A DNA stretch of 64,000 nucleotides from Glycera tridactyla (GCA_965644265.1 OZ286473.1:66526001-66590000), one strand, 5' to 3'; shown: positions 11,306 through 24,072, counted from the stretch's first letter. Notes: generated by a model from the letters alone, not told the origin. A program made the numbers and translations.

Positions 11306-14300
11306 TTAAAATTCTGTGACTTCATCTTTTGGGTTCACCCTCCCATCACCGATTTTTGGCTTATTATTAGTGATACTAACATCAGGAGCAGAAGCGGTCA
11401 ATGGAGTGAGAACACTATTAATAGCATATTTGGGGGTTTGGTCCATAGCAGGATATAGTATCGTAGTGACTTGCTCCGGTGTGTAAATTCCTTTACACAC
11501 CCAACCATCACAATCTGGTTTACATATTTTCGGAATGACATAAAGCTTACCCCCCATCTCAATTTTAAAAGAAGCAGTGAAGCGACCCTGGAGGATGCGC
11601 TTCACTTTCAGAGCTTCCCAGGGTAGAAGTCTAAGTCGTTCCGGCATTGAGAAGGGAGCATTTCCCATCCTATTCCCGATGATTAGTCCCGACCATAGGA
11701 CTGTCAAGTAGGACCAACATTTATATTGTTTTACCTGATAAGGACCAGGTACACCCATGCCCATTAAATGGTAATTGGACATGGCTCCTGGTAATTTCAT
11801 TATCACAATATCCTGACATTCAACCATATTTCCCAGTTCCAAATAAAGCTTACAACGAGTTCTGAATCGGTGTGAATACAGGCGATACGCAAGCCAGCCT
11901 ACCATGACTAGTAGTGAGGCAATAATCAAGATGCCCATAACTATCAAAGCCAGGACATGCTGACCGCCCCAACAATGGTCTTTATCCGTAATATCTGTTA
12001 GAAATCTCCCGATCTGCGGAACCCTAGCACGAGGAGTAGTAACAGGTAAGTAACCCATTAATTTCTCGTACAGGTCATCGGGCAGTTTCTTCAACTCATT
12101 TGCAGACGTTGGTGGAAGGGTTCCCAGCATACTATAAGCCTGTATCGTCTGCTCGAGCAGACGATATGAACGTCTAGTGTATAAAGCCAATGCTAGGGAC
12201 ATAACAGCGATCGTCATGCCTACAAGTCCCAGAACATTAGAGAGGGTGAAGAATTCCTCACTGCTATCGAATGTCCAGGTGCTGGCTGCAACTTGCTTGA
12301 TAGGATCTACATCCAGACCTTCTTTTGCCTGCTTCATTACCGATGCCAGTCTCATTGAGTAGTCATAATCGCGGTTAATATTAACCGAAAAATCATCACT
12401 CACTTTGATCTTTGGAAGATAAGGTAGCCATTTTTCTTTATACATCGTTTCTCCTTTAATTACATCTATATCGTTCAGGTCATATACCAACGACAAGGCA
12501 GCTAGATTGATAGGATGGACCACGGTATACGTTGGTGATGAGGGCACACAATTATTTATACGAGGAGGTAAAGCTGCCGCTGAAATATCATTGGAGACAT
12601 GGATTGAACATCCACACTGCTAGTCTATTTGGCAGTATATGCACCCTTCTCGTTGTCTGGACAGTTCCTGGCCACATTGTTCCATAATAATTTTTGCATT
12701 ATGGACCAATATGTGTCCATTCCCAACGTCCACCAAGTCCACCACAGGGTCCATCCTTTCGAATCAAAATCCACACAATGTACGGACTTTATTTGATTCA
12801 TCCAAATAAATCGCAGCCATACATGAGGGTCGATCCATGTCGAATATTTTCAGCGCTGAGGTACACCAATAGGCAGTTGTATCTCCACATCGGGACAATT
12901 CTTTATGACTCATTTGAATATAGTTCCTACGATCGTCCGTCACACCGAAATATTCCACATCAGTTTTCAGCCTACTTATTTGTTCAGCATCGTCGGTAAT
13001 AGGCGTATTATGAATCGAAATTGAATATAATTTAAATTCGATAGTTAATGAGGACATAGGAAAGTCCAACGCCACTAACAGATGTTGATCGTTGGTCCGG
13101 AAATAATTGATCCGTCCAAAACGATAGTAATACTGTGGAGAGAGTTCAGTTAAATGAAAGTGGGGGTAGTCCAAACATAACTGAGTCTGTAAGGACAGAA
13201 TCGTATCCGTTAAAACGGTGTTATTTATTAAATAAGGACTTAGTTTTCCTTGAACTAAATCGTTAACCGCTGCCATCAAGTGGTCTATCTGAGGACTTAT
13301 GGACTGCAATTTTTCTATCATATTTGCTAGAACTGCACTGGACCTTACACTATGTTGCATAATTCTCCAGAGCCTATCATCCATGTGCTCAGACAGATCC
13401 TGCATTTGCTCCTGTATTTCGGCTTGCAACATAGATATCGTGCCTGCAACGTTGGTAAATCGTTGCGATACAACATCCATAAATGATGCCGTCTCTGTCC
13501 GAAATTTGGTGAAACGTGAAGTAACAACCCCTTGTTGTTCATTCACAAATTTCACCACTTCAGTCAACCTTTTCACATCAGAATTAGTTGCAAGTCCAAA
13601 TACATTCTTGCCTAGCCAGGCAAACAGATTCCACCGCCTAACTCTACTGCCTTCAATCACAGGTACATAAGTTTCGATTATTCCACACACTTCTTTCAAC
13701 CGTTTAGAAGTTTGGTCTACCAGGTCAGAATAATGACTATAAATGGACATTTGTCCTTTCAAAGTCAAAAGGATCTCCAGACGGTCAGATTCCGTGAAGT
13801 TCTCATTAACGTTAGGGTCGATTGTCATATTGGAATCAGTGTAATTCATATAAATGTCAACCTGATCCAATAGGTCACGCCTTTTTCTACCAGCTCGTCC
13901 TTGTAAATCGGTAAGGTTTCTACACCTGGAGTCTGGGCATTTCCGATACAATTGCTGGAAACACGCATTATTCCGATTTCCACAAGCCATTAGGGCAGAC
14001 CAACGTGTACAATCTTCCCTAGTGTATTCCTTTATCTTAGGACCAAGAGAAGGGATGATTAAGATATTGTTAGGGTTTTGATTAGTACAAGCAGCATAAG
14101 AGGTTACATATCTCTTGAATGACTCAGTATATCGACCCATAGCATTATCTTCCTCCAGCTCCTCATTCGTATCACGCCTTACCCTACCGTTCAAATCCGT
14201 AGAGTCACGTGAGGTAAGGTCCAAAATGGAATCACGAACATTATTCACATCTACCATCATCTGACTATGAAATTGAACCAAATAATTATCAAGGGAATGA

Positions 14301-14554
14301 GTTCCGGTGCATGATTGTTGTTCACATGAATCACCCATATCTTGAAACATTTGGCCTTTCATTTCTGGAGGTATTCGTATACGAAAGACATGTGTCCAGC
14401 TAGAAGCAGCCGGATGTAGTGTTTTCAATGGGTGAAAGCTCACTCCATAATTTGGTCGACCTACCGGGTCGAGGGTCGTTTCCGCAAAAGCAAGGAATTT
14501 GAACATATCGCATGCGGAAACCATCATCACTATTCCGACCCAGGACAGCGCCAT
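11306..14554 (-). CDS. env: Envelope glycoprotein, class I F-type fusion protein; one 1082-codon frame with two in-frame stops (12764-12766, 12620-12622)
   Basis: Signal peptide MALSWVGIVMMVSAC..., NYGV.F...W.H.F motif, furin site plus fusion peptide RVRR/WNLFAWLGKNVFGLATNSD (baculovirus F / errantivirus Env-type pattern), heptad region, Cys-rich region, TM. ORF pieces 12764-14629 and 11306-12547 are in the same frame. Confidence 0.85.
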
Positions 14555-15424
14555 CTTGCGGTTTCTACAACACAAGATGACGGTCCGTATTACCCAGCTA
14601 TCGGACTTATTTGTGAATGCGACTGCCAATTCTCCGCTTCACCTCCTCACTACTCCATGTAATCACTACTTCTGAGATAGGAACTCGACAGGTGAGATGT
14701 CAATGCTTTTACATCTCTCCTCATGTCTCTAGTCTCATCTTCAATCATTATAACATGTAAAATAAGAACTAGAGGTAAGGAATAAAACTTACCACAGCAC
14801 CTATCTTATATTTTTGTCTATAAATATCTATCCCTTATACTTTTATACAAAGTCGCCAGCGTTCACCAAGATAAACTTGCCAACATTAGAAACATCATAG
14901 TAACATGCTAGTACCCCGAATCACACCCTACAAGGTGAAGACAATCACATCTTTTACAACTTCTTGCTTTAGGATCCAAGATGACAGGACCCACGACTAA
15001 GCACAAGTCGATTTATATGCTTAACACAAATTTTACTAAGCTAAATGGCTCTTCAGGAAATCTGGGTGGCTGCTAAGTATCATTATATACACATTTCCAC
15101 AGATTTCGACTCTACCTAGTCAGATCGTGGAGACAAGAAGTGTTTCCGGTGTTTTTCACACAAGAATATAATCCAGCACCCAGCACGATCCCTGGTCATA
15201 GCCATTACCTGACATGTCCACACAGAGACTAGAAATACCTAGGTTGCCACAAGAATACGGTGATAATTCCAATAATTATTCTTATGACATTATTCTGACC
15301 TTCTACCTAGCATATTTGAGCGCTCATCAGGCTTTTACATGGTTGGCATTGAGATCTGGGTGAATTTAAGACCCATCACGCATTAACGATAATATCACGC
15401 AAAGCGTAAAATGGTCGTGAGGCG

Positions 15425-18400
15425 CTACTGATTTAGCTGTTTTCTCAATGCGGTTTGTCTCCTAGTCATTGGGCCAGTTGAGCGCACCCGATCGAAACTC
15501 GTTGGTTTCCGAAGTCGATCAGCAGCTTTCGTGGCGTGGGTTCTATTATTTGTCCTGGCCGGATCTGCATATACCCTATCGTTGGTGGCTACAGGCAGCT
15601 CTTTCGAGATCTGTCTTAGCCTGCTATCGTCTTCAGCTAGGAATAACGATAGTTTATTACCATGGATCAGTGAGCCAAATGTCAAGTTTGTGCGCATGTC
15701 TTGCAGTTTAAATAATACCCCACCAAGAGTATCGATGATTCTATAAGGACCTAGTCTCTGATCATCAGTTTTTCCTACTGCTTGACCGGCAGGCCTGGAT
15801 GTTTTTAGCCAAACCTGATCTCCGATCTTGAAAGGCATCTTGCTCACGTGATATCATTTTTCATAGACCTCTTTATATCGTTTGGCAGCTCTTGAAATAT
15901 TCTCACGTGCCATCTCTCTATGATACGTGAGTTCTGGCAGTAAAACTTCTAAAATTTCCTGCTCTTTGAAGTTCAACAACTCGGGGTCTTTCACATGGCA
16001 ATATTCACCAACTTCGGTATCCACCCCAGTAGCCAAAAACGATGGTGAATACCCGGTCGTCTGTGAGGTAGAGGTATTCAAATTCAACCTCACGACTGGC
16101 AGATACCTAACCCACTCACGTGTTTTGCTGACTAATACCCTCATCATAGCCAAAATTGAACTATTCACCCTCTCAACCTTAGCGTTACTCTCTGGTCGGT
16201 GGCTACTGGTAAAAATACGTTTGTAGCCAAGCAATTTAGCCAATGTTTTCATCAGAATGCTCCTAAAGCTTTGGTGTCTATCTGTTGTCAATATGACGGG
16301 ACATCCATGTCTGCAGATCCACTCACGGAAAAAGGCTTTGGCTAGAGTCTCGGCCTTCTCGTTGGGAACAGCTACAAGCTCCACATATGATGAAAAAGAG
16401 TCAATCATTACTAACAATTTAGTATGACCTGTATTGGGATCAGCCGGCAACGATAACACGTCCATGTGTACGTGATACCAAATGGGAAATATTTGGCGGA
16501 GTTCTAATGGCGCTTTGTAAGAGTTATATGGTCTCTTACCTCGACCACACATTTCACAACTATGTACGTATGCTTTAATATCAGTAGCCATTTTAGGCCA
16601 ATAATACTTACTACGTACACTAACGAGAAGTTTCAATGCTCCGCGGTGACATCCCATTTGGCTATCGTGATGCACGTCTATCACGTGACCACGGAATTGT
16701 TTTGGTAGGCACAATTGCAGAAACTGTCCCTCTGTATGCCGTGATCCAGGCGTGTTGAATATACGATAAAGTATATCTTCGCCACCTAGGATATAGTGCT
16801 GATGATCCCTCAATACTAGTTTCATCTTCTCTGACTCTTTTGGTAGACTTCCAAACTTCAAGTAATGATACATTTCCTTAAAGTCCGGACTGTCTTGTTG
16901 CATGTCCCTCATTAACTGTGAATCTGCTCTGAATTGCTTTAATTGCTCCTCTAGCAATCTGGGTCCTAGAAATGCATGCGCTTCCTCATCAGGTATTCCT
17001 TTTCTAGTCCCTACGTCTACCACACCAGGGTCTCTCACCTGCTCCGCATGTTGCTTATTCATAGCTTCTTTAGTGACGGCATCAGGTTGACCTAAGTTAT
17101 GGCGTGATTCATTGGCTATATCGCTAATCGTCTTATACGATGGCATATCGCCACCCAGAGTCTTAACGAACATAACGATAGTTTCATCCAGTGGTACACC
17201 TATGTCCTTTGGTGAATAACCAAATTCAATGGACTGCTCTTCAGGAATGCGTGACAAAGCGTCTACTGCTTCTATGGATTTGCCAGGAGCATGTTTGATG
17301 TCTATGTTTGATCCTTGGATTTCTAAGGCCCACCTCAGCAATTTTGGGGCTGAGGAAGTCCTCAGATTCCTCAGATACCGTGCCGTGAGGTTATCTGTGG
17401 TGACATTAATCTTCTGTCTACCAAGAAGGTGTCTGTAAAGCCGAATGGACAGTATCAGACTGAAAGCCTCCTTGGAATTTATGTCCCACATGCGCTGTTG
17501 GGCGTTCAACTTCTTCGAGAAAAAGGCTATGGGTCTGAGAACATCGTTATCGTCTTTTTGGCTTAAGATGGATGATACGCTATGTTTAGATGCGTCTGTC
17601 GTGAGGTAGAATTCACGATCTAACCTGGGATAGTACAGGACTGCATTCTTCAAGAGTTCCTGCTTCAAAGTGTCCATCGATTTTTGGCACCTATCGTCCC
17701 AACAAAATCTCACGTCTTTGCGCGTGAGGTTAGTGATGGGCTCTGCTATCTCAGCATACTTTTTGACAAACTTCCTATAGTACCCTGTCAATCCTAACCA
17801 GCGTCTAACCTCAGTAACGTTAGTGGGTGTTGGAAAGTTCTGAATGGCTTTCACTTTCTCAGGATCTGGTTCCAACCCTTTCTCAGTCCAAATGTGTCCC
17901 AGGAATCGTAATCTTTTTCGAGCAAAATCACATTTCCTGGGATGAACCGTGAAACCATACTGCCTGAATTGGTTGAAAACCCTTGACAGATGCACAAGAT
18001 GTTCTTTGAAAGTTCTCGACGCCACAAACACGTCGTCCAAAAAGTTCCAAACAAAAGTCTGTCCAAGTCTGCTGAGTGCAGCACTCATAGCTCTACCATA
18101 AGTAAACGGTGCAAGACTTAGTCCGAAAGGCATGCGAAGAAATTTATAGCAGCCTTTCCCAGTAGTGAAAGTAGTGCAATCCTGACTACTCCTTTCCATA
18201 GATATCTGGTAGTACCCAGACAACATATCTAAGGAGGACATCCAACGTGGTGCCTGCCTTGCAATTGAATCATGCAAATCATCAAAGGTGGGCATTACAA
18301 AATACCCAGCATCTTTTTGTGTCATAGAATTTAGTGCACGATAGTCATTGCATGCACGATATATCACAGACCCATCTACAGCACGATTCTTCTTTTTGAC

Positions 18401-19663
18401 CATCACGACAGGTGATTGCCAAGGACTGTCTGATTCTACAATCACTTTAGCAACCAAAAGTTCCTGGATTTGTTTGTCTAAAGATTCCTGTTTTTTGGGA
18501 CTTAACTTATAAGGCCTTTGCCTCACGATTTTGGCATCTGGTTCCAACTTTATCTCGTGTTCAACACACGTGACCTTACCTAGTTGCGATGTAGAAGTAG
18601 CAAAAATATCACGATTATCGTCTAGCAATTCTATCATTTGTCTCTTCTGGTCTTTATTACAGTCTGATAGATCAAGAATTTCAGCCCACGGTATAGGTTC
18701 AAACGTACGATCACCTCTTAATTCCAATCCGAGGACATTTTCACGGAAAGCCTCAGTATTGAAGTAATTTGGGGGTACCGTTACGTTTGACTGTTGCTCC
18801 TGTGCTACGGAATTGATCAACGAGTATATCTCACCACCCACGTCGCCAAGTTCGATGACTTCAACATCATCATCGAGGGAAACTCGAGCCAATTTCGTGC
18901 CAGGCGGTAATTCTAGCGCATCTTGGCCGGAGTTGGCGAGCTTAACCCAGACCGATCCCGATTTCGTGACAGAAGCCAAGCAAGGGTCGAATTCTAAATT
19001 AACAGGTACACTCACATCGGCCAATGGTAACATGCAAACTTGTATAGTTTCTTCATCGACATTACCCGCCATATCAGGTGCAAAGAAGACATTTAGCCAA
19101 TGGTTATCTACTACTTGTAGTCTGGCAGAAATAAATGATTGTGGAGGAATCGTGATATGTTTCGTGTTAACGACATCGATCGCACGGTCAACTGAGAGGC
19201 TGGATAAGATAGTAGAGACCATAGGAGCATCCTCGAAGGAAACCACACCTTGCTCGAAATCGATTATGGCACGGTGGTTCTTTAGAAAATCAATACCCAA
19301 TATAAGTGAGACCGGCAAGCCCTCCGCTACCATCAGACTCACAGGCATCTCCCTGCCCGCAACTTCTAACGATATTTCAACCTGTCCGAGGATAGGTATT
19401 TGTTTACCGGAAGCGTCAGCCAATCTCAATGTTTTAGCATGATTTATAGGTAAAGCACCTTCGATGTTGTATTGCTCCCACTGATCTCTACTAATCAGAC
19501 TAGCAGAAGCGCCTGTGTCGACAAGCGCCTTTGCCACTATACCATTATGCCTTACTTTTATGAAGCTCCCATCAAGATTCAATGAAAAACTAGTATTTTC
19601 ATATTGAGCATATAGGATATTCGAAACACTGGTGAAACTACGTTGAGAGGTGAACTGTGACCT
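15425..19663 (-). CDS. pol: Pol: aspartic protease, degenerate dUTPase-like insert, RT, RNase H, integrase with GPY/F tail; one in-frame TGA at 15854-15856
   Basis: LVDTGAS; LDMLSGYYQI, MPFGL, FLDD; TTDAS; HHCC (HHDSQMGCH...CEMC); VHMD, TTD, VERVN; LGPYRII after the stop. Confidence 0.95.
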
Positions 19664-21388
19664 TCATTGTGTCATTTTGTTGTACCAACATGACTCTGTG
19701 GAATGTTGGTTTCCACATGTTTTACAGACAACATTCTTGTTCATATCAGGCCACTGTCGTTCCATGGCAGATCGCCTTTTCATACATTCTGCCATAAAAT
19801 GGCCATTTTCACCACAATAGAAGCATATCACACCTATCATTCCAGATACAGAGGAGGGGAGGGTTCCCGGAGTGCTTTGGTGACCATCAGTATTATACCT
19901 ATCTTTTTCTGGGCAACGAGGAGCATAATGTCCGATACGTTTACAATTATAGCACGTTACTGAAGCCATGTGCTGAAAGTTGGATGGTGATTTTGAATTG
20001 CCAGAATTTCCATTATTTCCAGAATTATTGCCACCACGGCCTCCACCACGTTTCTGGCCACGGCCTCTGGTGAACTCTCCGGAAAGTCCTACCGATCCGG
20101 AATTTTCCGGATTGTCTTTGGCCGTCATTACGTGAGAGGCTGAACCAGCTTGGGTAGCTGCCTGTTGAGTATTATGATTCGAAATCGACATATTGGCCAT
20201 TTGAGACGGAAAATTTACCATTACACCATCTTCATAGCCTTCTGCCATTTTTGCATCTCGAGCAGCAACAATAAGCTCTTGCAGGTCATTAGGGGCTCTG
20301 TTCAGAATCATTTTCCGAACAGCCTCTCTACATCCTCTCACTATGACAAACATCAACTGGCGTTCTTCAGAAGTATTAAAGTCAACTCCTGGTTCCTTAT
20401 TAAACACTCTCTTCCCTACACCAATTACTTTCCTCACAAATTCCTCAGTTTTATCAGTACCTTGCCTCAGAATATCCAATTCATGGAGTTGATCCCATGG
20501 TCTGGTACCTATTCCTCCAAATTCATCAAGGAATTTCTTTTTTAGGTCAACATTTTTGGCTTTAAGAGACTCGTACCAAATCGCTGCCTCATCACCCAAA
20601 ACCATAGGCATAACATCTTCATGTTTGAGCTCCTTAAATTTACAAAATTTGTCAAATTTAGACCACCAAACGTGGGCATAATTTTTAGGAGCTTCAAACA
20701 CAGGTAGTTTCATAATGCTCCCACCTTTGTCAAATTTGGCCAAGGCTTCCGCCAAGGCATCACCATCTTGTTTTGCCATGTTTCCGTCTTCTAACGGAGG
20801 GGTTGGACTTCGAGGAGGAGGGGTTCCTCCAGTTGAAGCAGGGGTACTTCTTCCCGAAGAAGGATCAGGATCTTTTGGATCAGCTGAATCCGCCTCTACC
20901 TCTTCCTCAAGGATCTCAAAGATTTCTTCTTCAACCTCCTCTTCCAACAATTCCTCTACCAAATTTTCGACACTTTCATCTATAAGCTCCTCTGTGGAAA
21001 CTTCAGCTACTTCCGGTGAACCCTCCAGTTAGGGAGGATAGAAGGGGTTATCAACAGAACTTTCAGCAACACTAAATTCAGAATCTGGATCCTCAGTTTC
21101 TTGAAAAAGTTGTCTAACCACACTATCTTCAACCTCTTCTGATACACCACCAGTATCTCCTACTTCTTTTGTAGGAATAGGAACTTCGGTTGCTAAAACT
21201 GCTTCTACGTATTTTGGCTTTCCAGCCCTTGTAGAAAGAGCTGGGGGTAATTTCTTTTCAGCCTGATCTCGTAGAGACTTTTCCTGAGGAGTTAAATATA
21301 CGTCAGGATGGTCGATAGGGAACCCAGACTTTTTGGACTTCTTTTTAGATTTATCTGAATCGGAATCCCCTGAGTCAGGATCGGACAT
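19664..21388 (-). CDS. gag: Gag with long acidic N-terminal extension and CCHC zinc knuckles; one in-frame TAA at 21029-21031
   Basis: CYNCKRIGHYAPRC, CFYCGENGHFMAEC and CKTCGNQHSTESC; ORF 21029-21388 is in frame with 19664-20962. Confidence 0.85.
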
Positions 21389-21880
21389 TCAGAAAAATCC
21401 AAAATAAATATGAAAATCAATTTTTCATATTTATACCAACGAAAATGAGTAGATCTTAGTGGAGAGTTTCTACATGGCCCGAAAATATTGCAAGTGAGCT
21501 TCAACTTACATTAAAACTGTTGTGAAGCGATTCCTCGGTCTCTTTCCTGTTGCTTTGGCTCGACAAAGTGGGGTTTGTTCTGGTAGACGATCTCGAACAC
21601 CTCTCGGTCTCCTTCCTCGGCCCAGTTGCTACGCGGTACGTTTCATCACCTTCCGCCGGTCACAATTCAGGTTACCAGTCCCTCACGCATCCGTCAGCAT
21701 CCGATCGTCGCTCCCACCAATCAAGCGCACGGCCTCGTGCGGCCCGAAGAAGCCAACAGCCGAGTCAAACGTCACTTACGACCATGTAGACGTGCGCAAC
21801 CGCGCAGACCGCCGCCACCACCTTCCCCAGCGAGGCTAATCAAAGGCACACACCAACAAAGCCACTCACGTCGCAGAGAA

Positions 21881-21898
21881 GCCCGGATTCGATCACCA
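21881..21898 (-). other. Primer-binding-site-like sequence TGGTGATCGAATCCGGGC
   Basis: Begins with TGG immediately after the 5' LTR; primer tRNA not identified. Confidence 0.65.
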
Positions 21899-22667
21899 TA
21901 TATCTCAGGGCGAGATATCCCAGTCAGCAGATACCAGGCAAAGCCCAGCTTGCTACAAGGGCGAGAGTCTATACAGAGGGATTACCAGGGTCGCTTCTCT
22001 CAGATGGATGGTTACATGCAGTGGTTCTTCTCCCGAATGATGACCAACGAAGTGAGTTCCAGTCCAAGTCTTTATTCCCCGTAGATACAGCATGAGATAG
22101 TATAAGATACAACTATTCAGCTGATGGGGAAGGTGGCGCAGTCCAGAGCATAACGTCCAACCACGTTCTATGCCTCTCAGATCTGTACTGCCCAACCAAC
22201 CTTCGCCCATCTAACATATAGGTTCCATTGACGTCACCATTGACGTCAATGGAATATTACATAGGATAATAACATACCGACATAGGATGGCAAGCGACAT
22301 ACGTTTACATACAGTAATTGCTCAGGCGTGGGCCCTTATGTCATAGGCCTAATGGAGTTCTTTCTTCTGACCGATTCTGGATCAATACTAGGCGTACATG
22401 TTGACATCCAAGATGTAACCCAGATCAATACTAGGCGTACATGTTGACACTCAAGATGTAACCCATCCAGTTCTGCCCCCGGATGCTGGTTGCATAACAG
22501 CCACGGTCCCGGCGGCAGGAGTGAACAGGTAATGAAACACAAATAGTATTCCATCTCGAGTGCACCTGACGAATATTGTTGCACGAAAGGAATTTTTAAC
22601 CCTCGTGCTGGTGATGAACATAGGATTTTGTGCCCAAAACGGTCCTTTCCTATATTTTTCGTTGAGA
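21899..22667 (-). repeat. 5' LTR (769 bp); lacks the outer TGTATA seen on the 3' LTR
   Basis: Direct repeat of 7914-8682. Confidence 0.95.
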
Positions 22668-24072
22668 AATTGATGAGCTAGGTGCCTGTATACAAATATT
22701 CCCATATTCTTCTAGAGGAGTTCCTCAGTTTTGGAGTGCACATAAACTCTTTTATTAGCAAAGTTACTATTTGTCGAAGAGTTCTTCGGTGAATATGTGC
22801 CAAGTTGTCTCGTCTAAGGGCTCAATTATTGTACAATGCTTCAATCCCTAAAATCTTTACGTTAGATGCTTATGTCTATGATGCCATAGATCTCAAGCAA
22901 GCAAGTAGACTCTAAGAACACGGGAATCACTGCCTGTGGGTGATACCCAGTGTTTTTCAAGTCCTCAACTGAGATATATCGGATTCTTATCAGATCATCA
23001 GATCAGGAGTAGAAAAATTCTTTCACAAGTCCACAAATCCTCAAATGATGAAGTCCCGTAACAAATCACCGATTGAAACATTGCCTTTAGAATAAAATCG
23101 TTAAGCTCATTGACTCTATCTATCTCTTTGTACTCGTCCACTCAGTCATTCACCGCTCTACTTGCTTGACATCTTGCCAACATTTGCAGAATACAAGTGA
23201 TCGTCTCCAAGTATGTTAAATTGAGTGCCTGAGTGTGGTGTGCTGAAGCGGATGGAATTATTCGAGGTCTGAACTTCACACTAACCTTGACACAAAGGAA
23301 CTTAATGACATTAGGCAGGATGGCACCATTTCGATTGTTCATTTTTTCCAATACAGTGACTCAACTCCTTGAGACCCTGTTCACATTTGTCACTGTCCAA
23401 ACTTGCGGTTCCTGGGTAAATCGAGGTGGTATCTGATAGCAGATGCAAATATTCGAGTGAGAGGCATTCAATATTGGAACCAGCTCGAAGCTACTGCTCG
23501 AGACTGTAGCAGCATGTACACCTACGTGTGTCCTCACCAGTAATCATTTGTTGCCGGCTCTTTACTCTTGTCGTTTGCAGATCAAACAGATATATCACCT
23601 GACACTTAGAAGCACATGCCCACTGAGGCCCCGCACTACATTATCATCCGATGTCGAGTGTAGCGTGTATGTAATCGCCGCGCACCATGTACGTCCGTAT
23701 GGATCATGTAATCTTGGAGGTTACATTACGCGTCATGTGACCATAGAAGAATCATGGTCAAGGGTCAACTGGCAGGGTCGCACATTCGATTTGTGTAACG
23801 TCACTGCAATGGTTTGGGAAACTGCCTCTCATCAACCGCTGGTCAGATTTTCACAATCTAAACATCAAATTGAAGGTAATACATTCTTCTATCCATTCAT
23901 TAGATGATATATACAGAATACCCCTCATGTCAGGTATGTTGAAAGCATACACGTCTTGTATCGGGACCCGGAAACGCACTCTGGGCCCCGCTACTCGACG
24001 TGTGAGCTCTCACTGTAACAGGCACTTGGGGCATTCTATATAAATCCTGCCACAATAACTTTTCATAACCTG

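Larger units (their letters stand above)
7914..22667 (-). mobile_element. Ty3/gypsy LTR retrotransposon with gag, pol and env (errantivirus-like architecture)
   Basis: Two direct LTRs, PBS-like and PPT sites, gag with CCHC knuckles, PR-RT-RH-INT domain order, F-type env. No TSD found. Confidence 0.95.

Noticed and set aside
18030-18045. RT active site FLDD instead of YxDD
   Set aside because: Phe occurs at this position in other active RTs (e.g. FADD) and could be a private substitution; not informative alone
13299-22084. Plus-strand ORFs antisense to gag/pol/env (e.g. 18813-19442, 21626-22084)
   Set aside because: Shadow frames of coding or GC-rich UTR sequence with no domain signal
22969-22979. 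CTGAGATATAT 300 bp outside the 5' LTR, an inverted match to the LTR end
   Set aside because: Only 11 AT-rich bases with no flanking homology
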